A stretch of DNA of 64,000 bases from Planctomycetota bacterium (GCA_965248445.1 CBDFJG010000004.1:1920001-1984000), one strand, 5' to 3'. Positions 49,301 to 58,854 are shown, counted from the stretch's first letter. Made by a program: numbers and translations. Notes: a model not told the origin generated them from the sequence alone.

Positions 49301-51502
49301 CGTTCCGGGGTCGGCGACGCGCTTCTGCAGTAAGTCGCGCTCGTCGAACGTGAACTCGACACGTACGTCACCGCGCTGCATGGCGGACCGGTTGTCGTTC
49401 GGGTCGTACTCGAACGTCGTGGTGCGAGTCGTCGTGGCGGTGATGTCCTCGACGGCGGACGCTAGGTCGTTCTCGACGGTGTACGTGTAACTCGCCTCCC
49501 ACCACTGGGGAGTGGAGCTCCAGATGCCCAAGTGATCGATGTTCTTGATCTCGCGCTTGGTGACATTGAGGTTGCCGTCGTAGGTCAACTTCGTGATGTA
49601 GCCCAGAGCGGTGGGGGCGGCAACCTGCGTGACGTTGCCGTACCGCTCGACCGTCAGGTTGGTCGTGTTCCCGCGGGGATCCGTGATCGCATTGACGTCA
49701 CCCCAGTTCTCGTAAGCGATGGTGGTCAGGAGTCCCAGTCCGCCTTGATCGACGGTCTTCGTCGACAGGAGAGCCTTCGTGTTGCCGGTTGCGAAGTACG
49801 TGTACGCCGTCACGTACCCCTCACCGTCGGTGAAGGAAGCCACTGTGCCGTCCGTGTTGAACGTGTAGCTGTTCGTGATGGTCACGTTCGGCGTGAGGTT
49901 CGTGATCGTCGGGAACGTGATCCTCGTCGGCTGGCCCGCCGCGTTCAGGGTGTACGTCGTCGTGTTCCCTCGACCGTCCGTGTAGCTCGTGACGCCGTAG
50001 TTCTTGGTCGAGTCATAGGCCCAAGTGTTGACGATGTCGTTCGTCGCACTGTCGGCCGCCGTCATGTCCTCCTTGTGGCGCCGCTTGGTTGCGAGCTTCG
50101 CCGTGTTGAGCGTGTATTTGAGCCCGTTGCCACGCGGGTACGTCACGGTGAGGAGATAGCCGGCGGAGTCGTGCGCCCACTTGGTCGTGTAGTCACCCTC
50201 GCCGGTCCGCACGCCGCGGTTCGTCTCCTCGACGACCTGCGTGGGAGTGAGCGTCGAGGCGCTGTAGGTCCACACCTCACGGTTGCCGGCGCGGTCGGTC
50301 ACGGTCGTCTGGTTCGTGAGCGGCGTGTACGCCAGCGTCATCGTGTCCGTGCCGCCGATCGTCTGCACGGTGACGCGGTCCGTGCCGTCGTACTGATTAT
50401 TGATGTGCGAATTCCCGCGGCCGTCGATCTCCGCGATCATGTTGCCGTTCAGCGCCGCGGTGGCGGAGCCGTTGATGTAGAGGAACTGCGTCCAGACGCC
50501 GCCGGGGAAGCTCGTCGTCGGCGGCCCCTCGATGCGCATGAGCTGCGTCTTGATGTTGTAGTGAAGTGTCCACGCGGCTCCATCGGCCGTCGTAATCGAC
50601 ATCAGGCGCCCGGTCGCCGGGTAGTACGCCAGCGTGTGCGCCAGCCCGCGGCTGTCGCCGATCATCGTGATCTGGCCGGCGGGGTTGCGCGCGTAGTTCG
50701 TCGTGTTACCGAACGCGTCCGCGACCGACGTGAGCCAGCCGTTCGAGTAGGTCCACGTGCCGCCCTCGGGGAGCGTTCGTACGTAGCCGCCAGGGGTCGC
50801 CGTGAGGGTGTCCCGCAGGCCGACCGGTGTCGTGTAACCGACGCCGTTGAACAGGTACGTGCTGAGGACGCCTGTCTCCTTGAGGATCGCGACGTCGCCG
50901 GCGCCGTTGACGGTGTAGCTAGAATCGAGCACGCTGCCCATGCCGTACCCGACTGAGCTGTCGAACGCGCTCTGCGAGTTGTAGGTCAGGGCGATGCCGG
51001 ATTCGCTCGTGCTGGCCACCATCATCGTGGGGGCGTTCGAGACCGAGCAGCACTCCGGCATCAGGATCATCGGGCGGACGCCGCGGGATCGGCCGATCGT
51101 GTAACGCCGCGCGAACGCGCCGTTGTGAATGGCCAAGCTGCGCCCCACGAACGCCGACTGCCCCGAGGGCGCAAAGGGCTCCGCCGTCATGAAACCGGCG
51201 AGCGTCGGGACCGTGGCTCCGTCGTGCACACCCGGGCCACCGTCGAGCGGGGACGGGTCGATGAGATCGAGCAAGGTGTCGAAGTCCGAGTCGGGGTTGT
51301 TGGGATCGGTGCCCGTCTCGAACACCTCCTTGAAGTCGTTCCAGCCATCGCCGTCGCTGTCGGCGGCTGCCGGGTTGGTGCCGAGGATCGTGCCCTCGAA
51401 GACGTCGTCCAGTCCGTCGCCGTCGGTGTCCGCGGCGAACGCCGCTGTCGTCCAACCGAAGAGCAGCACGGCAGCCAGCGAGAACGCGTGCTTCGTCCGC
51501 AT
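46304..51502 (-). CDS. RHS/YD-repeat protein (1732 aa) with Sec signal and variable C-terminal domain
   Basis: Signal ending AAFA; DTDGDG/DSDGDG Ca-binding repeats; YD repeats; core PWMFTGR..D.ESGLYHYRARAY...YMY..NSP...DAMGL. Confidence 0.93.
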   Translation of the reverse strand: MRTKHAFSLAAVLLFGWTTAAFAADTDGDGLDDVFEGTILGTNPAAADSDGDGWNDFKEVFETGTDPNNPDSDFDTLLDLIDPSPLDGGPGVHDGATVPTLAGFMTAEPFAPSGQSAFVGRSLAIHNGAFARRYTIGRSRGVRPMILMPECCSVSNAPTMMVASTSESGIALTYNSQSAFDSSVGYGMGSVLDSSYTVNGAGDVAILKETGVLSTYLFNGVGYTTPVGLRDTLTATPGGYVRTLPEGGTWTYSNGWLTSVADAFGNTTNYARNPAGQITMIGDSRGLAHTLAYYPATGRLMSITTADGAAWTLHYNIKTQLMRIEGPPTTSFPGGVWTQFLYINGSATAALNGNMIAEIDGRGNSHINNQYDGTDRVTVQTIGGTDTMTLAYTPLTNQTTVTDRAGNREVWTYSASTLTPTQVVEETNRGVRTGEGDYTTKWAHDSAGYLLTVTYPRGNGLKYTLNTAKLATKRRHKEDMTAADSATNDIVNTWAYDSTKNYGVTSYTDGRGNTTTYTLNAAGQPTRITFPTITNLTPNVTITNSYTFNTDGTVASFTDGEGYVTAYTYFATGNTKALLSTKTVDQGGLGLLTTIAYENWGDVNAITDPRGNTTNLTVERYGNVTQVAAPTALGYITKLTYDGNLNVTKREIKNIDHLGIWSSTPQWWEASYTYTVENDLASAVEDITATTTRTTTFEYDPNDNRSAMQRGDVRVEFTFDERDLLQKRVADPGTGHIAATTTIDYDGNRNRTSVTNPRGKSSTAMFDLFDRPTQGTNALGHYTQLAYDKANNLTERKSWQDNDPSADDLLAHEKRNYDEINRLWQSEAVLQGTPDTWLYRTRTLDRRGLTTVLNDRRGYDTTRVYDGAGRLTKDTDAIGNLEEYTLDANGNVTEIKETEFLHGTTVSEVYETEFTYDALNRRRTQKRIDAANSANSLVTEWKLDALSVARVEIEPDGTDTELFSDGLARITKKSVDLGSGASLDIEWDFDIHNNVIVYRDDAGNETQYDYDLMNRLEEVTYADSGVVTLSLDANGNATTIIDQNGTEFDQDFDDLDRLIARDITKGTGVLGDTDEDFAYDGLNRLTEAKDNDAIVQLTYDSLSRVLTEKQGSNPLGSEAKTVTYTWDAESNKTRVTYPSTFEARRTYDEVCCLMEVDDKTDTSIVSFGVIGRHHRRDTVTFGNGTTTTVGYDGYRRIVEIAHEDSSSPEFASFDYAWDANSNPLYEARGHESGAGELYTYDQANRLTKTLMAVADPANELANPGTETYDEKRDYNMDDVFNLTSYVVTPYGGSATTTSYTSNAVNEYTAVGGTTHTYDASGNLTDDGTNTYAYDAHNHLLKVTRKSDSAVLGEYKYDALGRGRRTKKTVGSDTSRYIYDGNSVIEEYDGTDLLRLYAYSDKIDDPAVMEAPDVADVDSDSNTTELKRFYYHGQLVGSVTHVTDPDEAVVESYSYDPYGTVAISDINGGSVTSSQIENPWMFTGRRMDEESGLYHYRARAYSAELRRFVQRDATGYADGPSLYMYASNSPVRRTDAMGLDDASQADNDQAAKKAMKVIDGLIKQMGDDGLDDGSADDTSGYGPESPPSGGHGGAAAGETDPTTNKIRLDMPDPDAFCPCFGEAFWDVFVAGLHEDEHHKNNKKAKPDSHAQVTKNTRARLQAMIKANKSKENNSKHPAGASDEDIEDFYDIFDPIYCSCGCSRPISVWEMRKRLTNGSQWQATYLSRINQGTF

Positions 51503-52002
51503 CAGCGGCCCCCTTCCCCGAACAGGCCACCGCGGATCGCGAGCGCCATGCCCTGGAGACGCTGGTTCGTGCCCGCCTTCGCGTTCACGTACGAGCTCAC
51601 GTCCTTCCACTTCTTGCTGTCGGACTTCTCTGCGCGACACCAGGCAGCGAGCGCGGCGCACCGCACGCCGTCGGTCCGCTTGGTGTCCTCGTAGATGATC
51701 TTCAGCTTCGCGCGAGCGCCTGAGTAGTCGCCGCGACCGATCGTGGCGATCGCCATCGCGGCCAGCTTGTCGTCCTTGCTCGCCGCCATGGCAGTAAGCG
51801 CGCTCCGAGACGCGCCGGTGCCGATGCCCAGAAGCTCCTCCATCAGCGCCGCGCGACGCGAGACACCGATCGGCGACTCGCAGATCGTTCGGAGGCGTGT
51901 GACCCTCTCGTTGCTCGGGCCAGAGTGCGCCGTGGCTGACAGCGCCACGGCCACCAGGGCAAGAAGTCCGAACGCGAGATTGCGTGAACGAGACCGGGTC
52001 AT
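51502..52002 (-). CDS. Secreted helical (HEAT-like) protein coupled to the RHS gene
   Basis: GGAGG RBS; signal peptide; TGATG overlap with the RHS start. Confidence 0.75.
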   Translation of the reverse strand: MTRSRSRNLAFGLLALVAVALSATAHSGPSNERVTRLRTICESPIGVSRRAALMEELLGIGTGASRSALTAMAASKDDKLAAMAIATIGRGDYSGARAKLKIIYEDTKRTDGVRCAALAAWCRAEKSDSKKWKDVSSYVNAKAGTNQRLQGMALAIRGGLFGEGGR

Positions 52003-52029
52003 CGGAAGTTCCTCCATTTGCTGCGCTCG

Positions 52030-52574
52030 AGGTCCCGCAGGACCTCGGGCACGGACTCGCGCACCCGCCGGTGGAAGCTCCTCGCAGAGCACGACGGCAG
52101 TCGATGCCCCAGCGACTTGACGGCGCCGCGTGCGGCATTCACGAGTTTCGTGCGCGCAGAGACCACGCGCTCCCGCGCGCGCAGCAGCGCCATGTCGGCC
52201 TGCATGGACTCGCCCCGGTGGACCACCGGATGCAGCAGGCCGGGATGCCCCGCACCGAGCTGCGCCAGCACCAGTGCGTCGCGCCGATCCGTCTTCTTCG
52301 GCGAGTCCCAGATCGCTCGCAGCCGTCGCGCGTCCGCCACGATCACGTCGTGGCCGTGGGACGCGACCAGCCGGCTGATCCACGGAGAGTGCGTCCCGCT
52401 CTCCATCACCACCTTGGACCGCTCCGTCTGCTCGAAGAACTTGCCGAGCGCCTTGCGTGTCGCCCCGACCCGTCCCTCCCCGACGACCTCCCCCGTCTTG
52501 CGGTCGAGCATGCAGACATGCACCACGCGATCACCCAGATCCATCCCGATCACCAAGCGTGTACCCTTCGCCAT
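52030..52574 (-). pseudogene. 5' fragment of an IS110 transposase
   Basis: GMDLG, MESG and KTDRRDA DEDD motifs; C-terminal domain absent. Confidence 0.85.
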
Positions 52575-52898
52575 AGCCGGTTCCTCCTCGGGCGCAGAGC
52601 CCGTTTGTGACTCGGAAAACCGCTACGGGTTACACCGAGGCAGGGACCGGCCTTCTTGTATGACGTCCACTCATGCCCGCGACCTACGGTGGACAGAGAT
52701 CGACGAGAGCCGGGAGAGGGTCGCCGCGGCCTTCACGAGGCGCAGTCCTCGGAGATGAGATTGGCGCCCTCGACCGGCGACCCACGCTCGGACGGGATCC
52801 TGAGGCGCGCAGACGCGCGTCCTCGCATGAACAAGGATGAGTACGGTCGCCGGCTCCGAGGCTCCCGGTCCTCCTCGTCGCATGACAGGAGGTGCACG

Positions 52899-54098
52899 AT
52901 GCGCTACGCGGGGATAGACATCGCTTCGAAGAAGCACGTCGTGGCGGTGATGGACGAGGACGAAGAGATCCTGGTGCGGCCCACCGCCTTCGGTGAGGAC
53001 GCACAGGGCTACGAGGAGCTCTTCGAGTTGCTCGGCGTCCCTCGAGACGTGCTCGTGGCCTTGGAGGCGACCGGGCACTACTGGCGCAACTTGGCGGCGG
53101 AGCTTCTCTCGCGCGGTTTCGCCATGGTGCTGATCAATCCGCTGCGGACCCACCGCTTCGCCGGCGAGGACCTGCAGCGGACCAAGACCGATGCCATCGA
53201 CGCCCTCGGGCTCGCCCGGTTCGCTCGCCAGAAACGCCCGGAGCCCACGCGGCTGCCCGACTCCGGCACCGAGGAACTGCGCGAGCTCGTCAGACTCAGG
53301 GATCGCGTGGTCCAGGACTTTGGAGACCGGGTCCGCCGGCTTCACCGCTTGGTGGACCTGGGTTTCCCGGAGTTCACACGCCACGTCCGCACCCTCGACA
53401 GCGAACTCGCCACGGCGCTGCTCAACCGCCATCCCACCGCGCAGGCCTTTGTGGGTGTCTCGGTCAAGCGACTCGCCGCGCTCCGTTACGACGGACGTCA
53501 CCGAGTCGGGCGGCAGCTTGCCCAAGACCTGGTCCGTGCAGCCAAGTCGTCCGTGGGCCGCCACCACGCCGAGGCCTATCGCACTCAGGTCCGGTACGCC
53601 TGCGAGGATCTGGACTTGCTGCGCCGGCGCCTTCGCGACTTGGAGAAGCTGATCGGGGGAACCCTGGAGCACCACGAGGTCGGCAAGCTCCTCACGACCA
53701 TCGACGGCATCGGGCCACAGACCGCCGCGCGGCTCGTCGCGGAGCTGGGCGACATCACTCGTTTCCGCGACGCCAAGGCGCTGGCGTCATACATCGGGGT
53801 CGTCCCGGCACTCAAGCAGTCCGGACGCAACCAGGGCCAACGCGCCGCCATCACCCGCATCGGGCACGCCCGGCTGCGCAGGGCCCTGTGGATGCCCGTC
53901 CTGACCGCGGTGCGCAGGAACCCCTGGCTGCGCGCCTTCTACGAACGGCTTCGGTCCCAGGGCAAGCTCCCGAAGGTCGCCCTCGTCGCGTCCATGCGAA
54001 AGCTCCTGGTCGCCGTCCACTGGGTGGCTCGAAACAAACAGCCCTTCGTCCCCCGGCCCACACCCGTGGCCACGTCGGCCACGCAGGTGCCCGCATGA
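52899..54098 (+). CDS. IS110-family transposase, intact
   Basis: GIDIAS, LEATGHYW, KTDAIDA, IDGIG, QSG; AGGAGG RBS; long non-coding flanks. Confidence 0.93.
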   Translation: MRYAGIDIASKKHVVAVMDEDEEILVRPTAFGEDAQGYEELFELLGVPRDVLVALEATGHYWRNLAAELLSRGFAMVLINPLRTHRFAGEDLQRTKTDAIDALGLARFARQKRPEPTRLPDSGTEELRELVRLRDRVVQDFGDRVRRLHRLVDLGFPEFTRHVRTLDSELATALLNRHPTAQAFVGVSVKRLAALRYDGRHRVGRQLAQDLVRAAKSSVGRHHAEAYRTQVRYACEDLDLLRRRLRDLEKLIGGTLEHHEVGKLLTTIDGIGPQTAARLVAELGDITRFRDAKALASYIGVVPALKQSGRNQGQRAAITRIGHARLRRALWMPVLTAVRRNPWLRAFYERLRSQGKLPKVALVASMRKLLVAVHWVARNKQPFVPRPTPVATSATQVPA

Positions 54099-54480
54099 GC
54101 CACGAGTCTTCCGAGCGAACTCGCGCGCGCTCCGCCGCCCCGGATTCATGCCCGAGCCGACAGGCGAAGGCGTCGCACCACCCAACCTGTCCTCGCGGCC
54201 CGCCGAGCGCGGTCCCCGCGCGCAGGCGAGGCGGGCAGCGCCAACAACGCTCTAAGAACCTTGGTCGAGAAGACGGGATCTCATCTCATCACCAACGCCG
54301 AGGACCGAGCGCGACGCGTCCCGCGGCGCCACGATCGATTTCGGGGGACTCCTCGCGACACAGGTCTGTTATCCCGGGTACGCGAGCCCGTGACTCCGGG
54401 GAGTACTACGGCGGTGCCAGTTGGGTCCCGCGTACATCCTGCCCGGCAGAGGGCCGGCTACCACGAGAGGCGGTGCGGAG

Positions 54481-54705
54481 ATGAGCGGAAGATGGATCGG
54501 AGCCTTGCTGTGCGTCGCGACGATGGCTCTTCTGGCGGGTTGCCAGTGCACGGGTTCATCCACCAAGTCGGACCATCCGACGCGGACGGAACACCCGAAG
54601 GCTGCGCAGGAGCACCCGGCGGGGACCGAGCACCCGGCGGGGACCGAGCACCCCAAGAAGTCGGAGCATCCCAAGAAGTCGGAGCACCCGGACCACCCGA
54701 AGTGA
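54481..54705 (+). CDS. Small lipoprotein with eight (E/D)HP repeats
   Basis: Lipobox LAGC; 18-bp coding repeats at about 54610-54690; GTGA coupling to the next gene. Confidence 0.75.
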   Translation: MSGRWIGALLCVATMALLAGCQCTGSSTKSDHPTRTEHPKAAQEHPAGTEHPAGTEHPKKSEHPKKSEHPDHPK

Positions 54706-56105
54706 GAACCGCGCTCGGGATGTCGGCGCGGTCGGGATCACGCGTGCCCTCCACGCTCCCGGCCGCGCATCTCCTCGCACTCGCCTTCGCCTACGTCGTC
54801 CTCGCGGGCTGCGGGTCGGTCGGCGCGGCGGAGCCGCCGCCCGCCGGCGCGCCGGTTCCGAGCGTCGTGACCGCCGACATCCAGGCGGGCATCGAACATC
54901 ACATCGAGGAACAGGTCCGAATCGGGGACGGGTACTTCGCGCTCTCCCACGGTGACGAGCTGCTGCGCCTCAGGCTCGTGCGGGTCCACACCGAGTACCT
55001 GGCCAACCTCGGTCCCCGCCGGCAGTTCGCCTGCGTCGACCTCGTGGACGCGAGCGGCGACGTCTACGACGTCGACTTCTTCCTCTCAGGCGACCCGGGC
55101 GACATGAGCGTCACGGAGACCACGGTCCACAAGATCAACGGGCAGCCATACTACGTCTGGAACCAGGCGCCGGACGACACGTGGCACCGGGTCCCCGTGG
55201 ACCAGGCCAACGAGGGGCACTTCGGAGTAGTCCGGGGGAACGACTCGTTCGACTTCCTCTACCGAGCGAAGCTGCCCGAGCTCGCGGCTCCCGCCCGCAT
55301 GTGGCTGCCCCTACCGGAGTCGGACGCGTTCCAGACGGTCGAGGTCGTGTCCATCACGGCACCGGGCGAGCAGCGGATCCTCCGGGACCGCGCGCACGGC
55401 AACCGTGTCCTGCTCCTGGAACTCTCCCCCGGAGACGGCGGCGAGGCCGCGGAGATCCGGTTCGCGGTGCGACGGAACGAGAAGGCGTTCTACGAGGCGC
55501 CGGCGTCCGAACCGGCCGGACCGTTCCTCGCCGCGGAGCGGCTCGTGCCCGCGAGCGACGAATTCCGGACCATCGCCGAGGAGGTGGTGGCGGGGAAGAA
55601 GCAAGATCTCGTGCGTGCCAGAGCGCTCTACGACCACGTCATCGACCACATGCGCTACATGAAGTTCGGGGACGGGTGGGGCCTCGGCGACGCCGAGTAC
55701 GCCTGCGACGCGGCGACCGGGAACTGCACGGACTTCCACGCCTACTTCATCGCGCTGTCGCGGTCCGTCGGGATCCCCGCGCGCTTCGCCATCGGGGCGA
55801 GCATCCCCTCCGAACGCGACGACGGCGGGATCGACGGGTATCACTGCTGGGCGGAGTTCTACGCCGACGGGAAGTGGTGGCCGGTGGATATCAGCGAAGG
55901 CGACAAGTACTCCAGCCTCGCGACCTACTACTTCGGGCACCACCCGGCGAACCGCTTCGAGATGAGTCGCGGTCGCGATCTGATCGTGGATCCCCTGCCC
56001 GAATCCGGACCCATCAACTTCCTCGCCTACCCCGTGCTCGAGGTGGCGGGGAAGCCGGTCAAGGCCGAGGTGACGTTCTCGTTCGTCCGCCACGGCACCC
56101 GTTGA
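54702..56105 (+). CDS. Exported transglutaminase-like domain protein
   Basis: GNCTDFH, YHCWAEF and WWPVD Cys-His-Asp triad; LAGC lipobox-like segment. Confidence 0.88.
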   Translation: MRTALGMSARSGSRVPSTLPAAHLLALAFAYVVLAGCGSVGAAEPPPAGAPVPSVVTADIQAGIEHHIEEQVRIGDGYFALSHGDELLRLRLVRVHTEYLANLGPRRQFACVDLVDASGDVYDVDFFLSGDPGDMSVTETTVHKINGQPYYVWNQAPDDTWHRVPVDQANEGHFGVVRGNDSFDFLYRAKLPELAAPARMWLPLPESDAFQTVEVVSITAPGEQRILRDRAHGNRVLLLELSPGDGGEAAEIRFAVRRNEKAFYEAPASEPAGPFLAAERLVPASDEFRTIAEEVVAGKKQDLVRARALYDHVIDHMRYMKFGDGWGLGDAEYACDAATGNCTDFHAYFIALSRSVGIPARFAIGASIPSERDDGGIDGYHCWAEFYADGKWWPVDISEGDKYSSLATYYFGHHPANRFEMSRGRDLIVDPLPESGPINFLAYPVLEVAGKPVKAEVTFSFVRHGTR

Positions 56106-56144
56106 ATCCCGAGCACGAGACGCTGCTCAGTGCCGGAGGACGTG

Positions 56145-57248
56145 ATGAACCCGCTGCAACGAGCCCTAACGACCGCGCTGTTCACGTTGACCCTGTTGCC
56201 GGGCTGCAACGCCATGGGCCCCACGGCGGTCCGTGGTGCGCCGTTACCGTACAACGAAGCCATTGCGGCGACGCGCGACGAGCAGCAGCTCCTCAACCTG
56301 GTTCGGCTCCGCTATCGCGACGTGCCGCTCTTCCTCGACGTGGGCAGCCTGACGACGCAGTACACGTTCGACAGCTCGCTCTCAGCCAGCTCCACTTTCG
56401 TAGACGGTTCGGCGGAGGACAGTCCGAGGTTCACCACGGGCGGCTCGATGAAGTGGTCGGAGAAGCCGACGGTCAGCTACTCCCCGCTCCAGGGCGAGAA
56501 GTTCGTCAAGCAGATGATGGCGCCGGTGCCGCTCGAGATTCTGGCGTTGCTCACCCGCTCGGGCTGGAGTTCGGGGCGCGTGATGCGGCTGGCCGTCCAG
56601 AGCATGAACGGCGTCCTGAACGCCCCGACCGCATCCGGACCGACGCCGGGGAGTCCGCCCGTGTACAAGGACTTCCGTCGGCTGGGCGGGCTGATCCGGG
56701 AACTCCAGCAGACCGGCCAGGCCCACGTCGCCATCTCAGGCGCGGCGGATGGTCCGCGGCTGGGCTGGGCGCTCCGCGCGGGCGGCACCGAGACGGCCCA
56801 GGCCGCCGAGATCCGGCGCATCCTCCGGCTGCGCGAGGGCCGGACCTTCTACCCGATGGTCGCCGCGTACGACGATGCGCTGACCGATGACGGAGACCGC
56901 ATCCGCGTCACGCCCCGGTCGTTCCTCGGCATCCTGTTCTACTTGTCGCACGCCGTCGAGGTTCCCGAGGAGCACTCCGCGCGGGGGTGGGTGACCAACA
57001 CCACGGCTGCCGACGGGACGCCGTTCGACTGGGGCGAAGTCACGGGCGACCTGCTCCGTGTCCGGACCTCGTCGTCCAAGCCGGACGGCGCGTACGTCGC
57101 GATCCCCTATCGCGGCGCGTGGTTCTACATCGACGACGCGAACCTCGAGTCGAAGACGACGTTCGCGCTGCTGTCCTACCTGTTCGCGCTCCAGGCCGGC
57201 GACCGCAAGTCGGTCACGCCCGCGCTGACGCTTCCGATCGGGGGCTAG
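56145..57248 (+). CDS. Putative lipoprotein of unknown function
   Basis: GGAGG RBS; lipobox LPGC; LLNLVRLRYRD.P.FL, PTVSYSPLQG; C-terminal LTLPIG. Confidence 0.8.
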   Translation: MNPLQRALTTALFTLTLLPGCNAMGPTAVRGAPLPYNEAIAATRDEQQLLNLVRLRYRDVPLFLDVGSLTTQYTFDSSLSASSTFVDGSAEDSPRFTTGGSMKWSEKPTVSYSPLQGEKFVKQMMAPVPLEILALLTRSGWSSGRVMRLAVQSMNGVLNAPTASGPTPGSPPVYKDFRRLGGLIRELQQTGQAHVAISGAADGPRLGWALRAGGTETAQAAEIRRILRLREGRTFYPMVAAYDDALTDDGDRIRVTPRSFLGILFYLSHAVEVPEEHSARGWVTNTTAADGTPFDWGEVTGDLLRVRTSSSKPDGAYVAIPYRGAWFYIDDANLESKTTFALLSYLFALQAGDRKSVTPALTLPIGG

Positions 57249-57340
57249 CCCGCACCTCCCGACGCGGACGACGACACCGAACCAGTGCTCCTGATTCTCT
57301 CCTGACTCCGAATCGCCGCTGGACGCTGCGACCGAAGGCG

Positions 57341-58560
57341 CTACTTCACGCCCAAGAGGCGGAAGAGGTGGAAGCGCGAAGCGCGCGGGTAGCCAGTCGG
57401 AGGTCTTCTCACGCTCGCACAGCTTGGACGTGAACTCCTTCCACTCCGCTTCGAGAGCCTTGGAACCGGCGCGGTCGGTGATCCCCATCGCGTCGTAGAA
57501 CAGCTTGGACGTCCAGATCCCGCCCTCGGCGAGCGGCTCCGTGGGCTTCGGCACGACCCACTCGCGCTCGAGATACCGCACGAAGCGGTCGCGGTACTTC
57601 GGCTGTCCGAGTTCCTCCGCATACCAGAGGAAGTACACGAGACTCCATGCGCGCGCGTAGTAGAGGTTCGCGTAGACGGCGTGGACCGCGTCGAGCCAGG
57701 CGACCCAGCGCTCGTTCTCGGCCTGCGCGCGCGTGAGGCGCGGCGACACGCCAAGGACGGCCTGATCGAGTTCGCCGCCGTCCAGGGGCGTCATGAGCGC
57801 GTTCAGCGACCAGTCACTCCACTGCAGCTTCGGAAAGGCCTGTTCCACGATCCAGATGAGCTCCATGCGGCTGTCGAGCGGCTGCATCCAGCGCCGTGCG
57901 TCTCCGTCGCCCGCGTACGCCGAGAAGAACTCCGCGAAACCCTCCGAACTCCACAGCGGTTGCGACGAGCCGCGGTCCCAGGCAGGCGGATCGCCCCCCG
58001 CGGCGGTCGACAGCTCGCGCGTGTAGAAGTGGATGAGCTGATGCACGCCTTCGTGGCACTGGGTCTGGTAGGTCGCGTACGGCTCCTCGTGTGTGCGCCC
58101 GTCGTGCGTCACGATGAAGCGTGGCTCCCGCTGCGAGTAGAACGCGCACACGCCGGCCATGCGGGGGCTCCACGCGTAGTACTGGCGGTTGAACCGCTCG
58201 AAGTCCTTCTCGCGCGAGAACGCGTGGATCTTCAACAGCGTGCCGAACTCCGCGTTGTCGGGGCCGTACTTCTTGAAGTCGAAGAGCGGTCCCAACTCGC
58301 GATGCCAGCCGTCGTAGAGCGTCGGGAACAACGTCGTCGTCTCGCGCAGGATGCGCTGCGCGCGGTTCATCTCCACCTCGTCCACGTCGGCAAGGTCCTT
58401 CCGCGGCGAACCCCCGACGGAGACGAAGATCACGTACGGGCCGACGGCCTCCCGCAGCGCCGGGTAGTCCTTCATCACCTCGAGGGTGCGCTGATAGACA
58501 CCCCACTTCTCGACGCCGAGCCAGTAGGGACTCTGCAGCCACGCCGACGACGGAGAGCGC
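57341..58560 (-). pseudogene. 5'-truncated DUF1570-like zincin peptidase with a 7-bp duplication near its 3' end
   Basis: HEGVHQLIH, W..EGFAEF, YARAWSLVYFL; removing one AAGCGCG restores the stop at 57341. Confidence 0.75.
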
Positions 58561-58602
58561 CACCTCACAGCGTCGATCGCTCCCGTCGGTCGCGTGACGA
58601 TC

Positions 58603-58853
58603 TGCAGCGGTAGTGCAGCGGTAGCCGGAATCGGCCTGAAACGCGGGGTCCGAATGGGGCGCGCGAAGTCGCCGTAACTCGCTCGTGCGGCAATGGTTAC
58701 GCGTGGTCGGGGCGAGAGGATTTGAACCTCCGGCCTCTTGCTCCCGAAGCAACGAGAGATCGTTGTCCAGCAAGGACTTACGCGTGTCCCTCGCTGCACA
58801 AGCCGCACAAGAGGCAGGAGCGGGCGGACGTTGTGCAGCGGTAGTGCAGCGGT
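58603..58853. repeat. Arm-type tandem repeats around a tRNA fragment (att site)
   Basis: TGCAGCGGTAG twice at 58603-58624; TGCAGCGGTAG+TGCAGCGGT at 58834-58853; partial inverted CGCTGCA at 58792-58798. Confidence 0.75.
58704..58752 (-). tRNA. 3' half of tRNA-Pro(CGG); att core, not a full tRNA
   Basis: TTGC-TTCGGGA-GCAAG anticodon arm, GGAGGTTCAAATCCTCT T-arm, CGCCCCG-ACCA end; no D-arm or 5' acceptor strand. Confidence 0.85.
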
Positions 58854-58854
58854 C

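Noticed and set aside
46304..52138. 1944-aa RHS call
   Set aside because: The extension overlaps the 51502-52002 gene; the signal peptide begins at ATG 51502.
54580..54700. 18-bp repeats as a possible CRISPR array
   Set aside because: No unique spacers; they are in-frame coding repeats of the EHP peptide. No CRISPR array or cas operon was seen in the window.
58704..58780. Complete tRNA-Pro gene
   Set aside because: Similarity stops in the anticodon stem; no D-arm or 5' acceptor strand.
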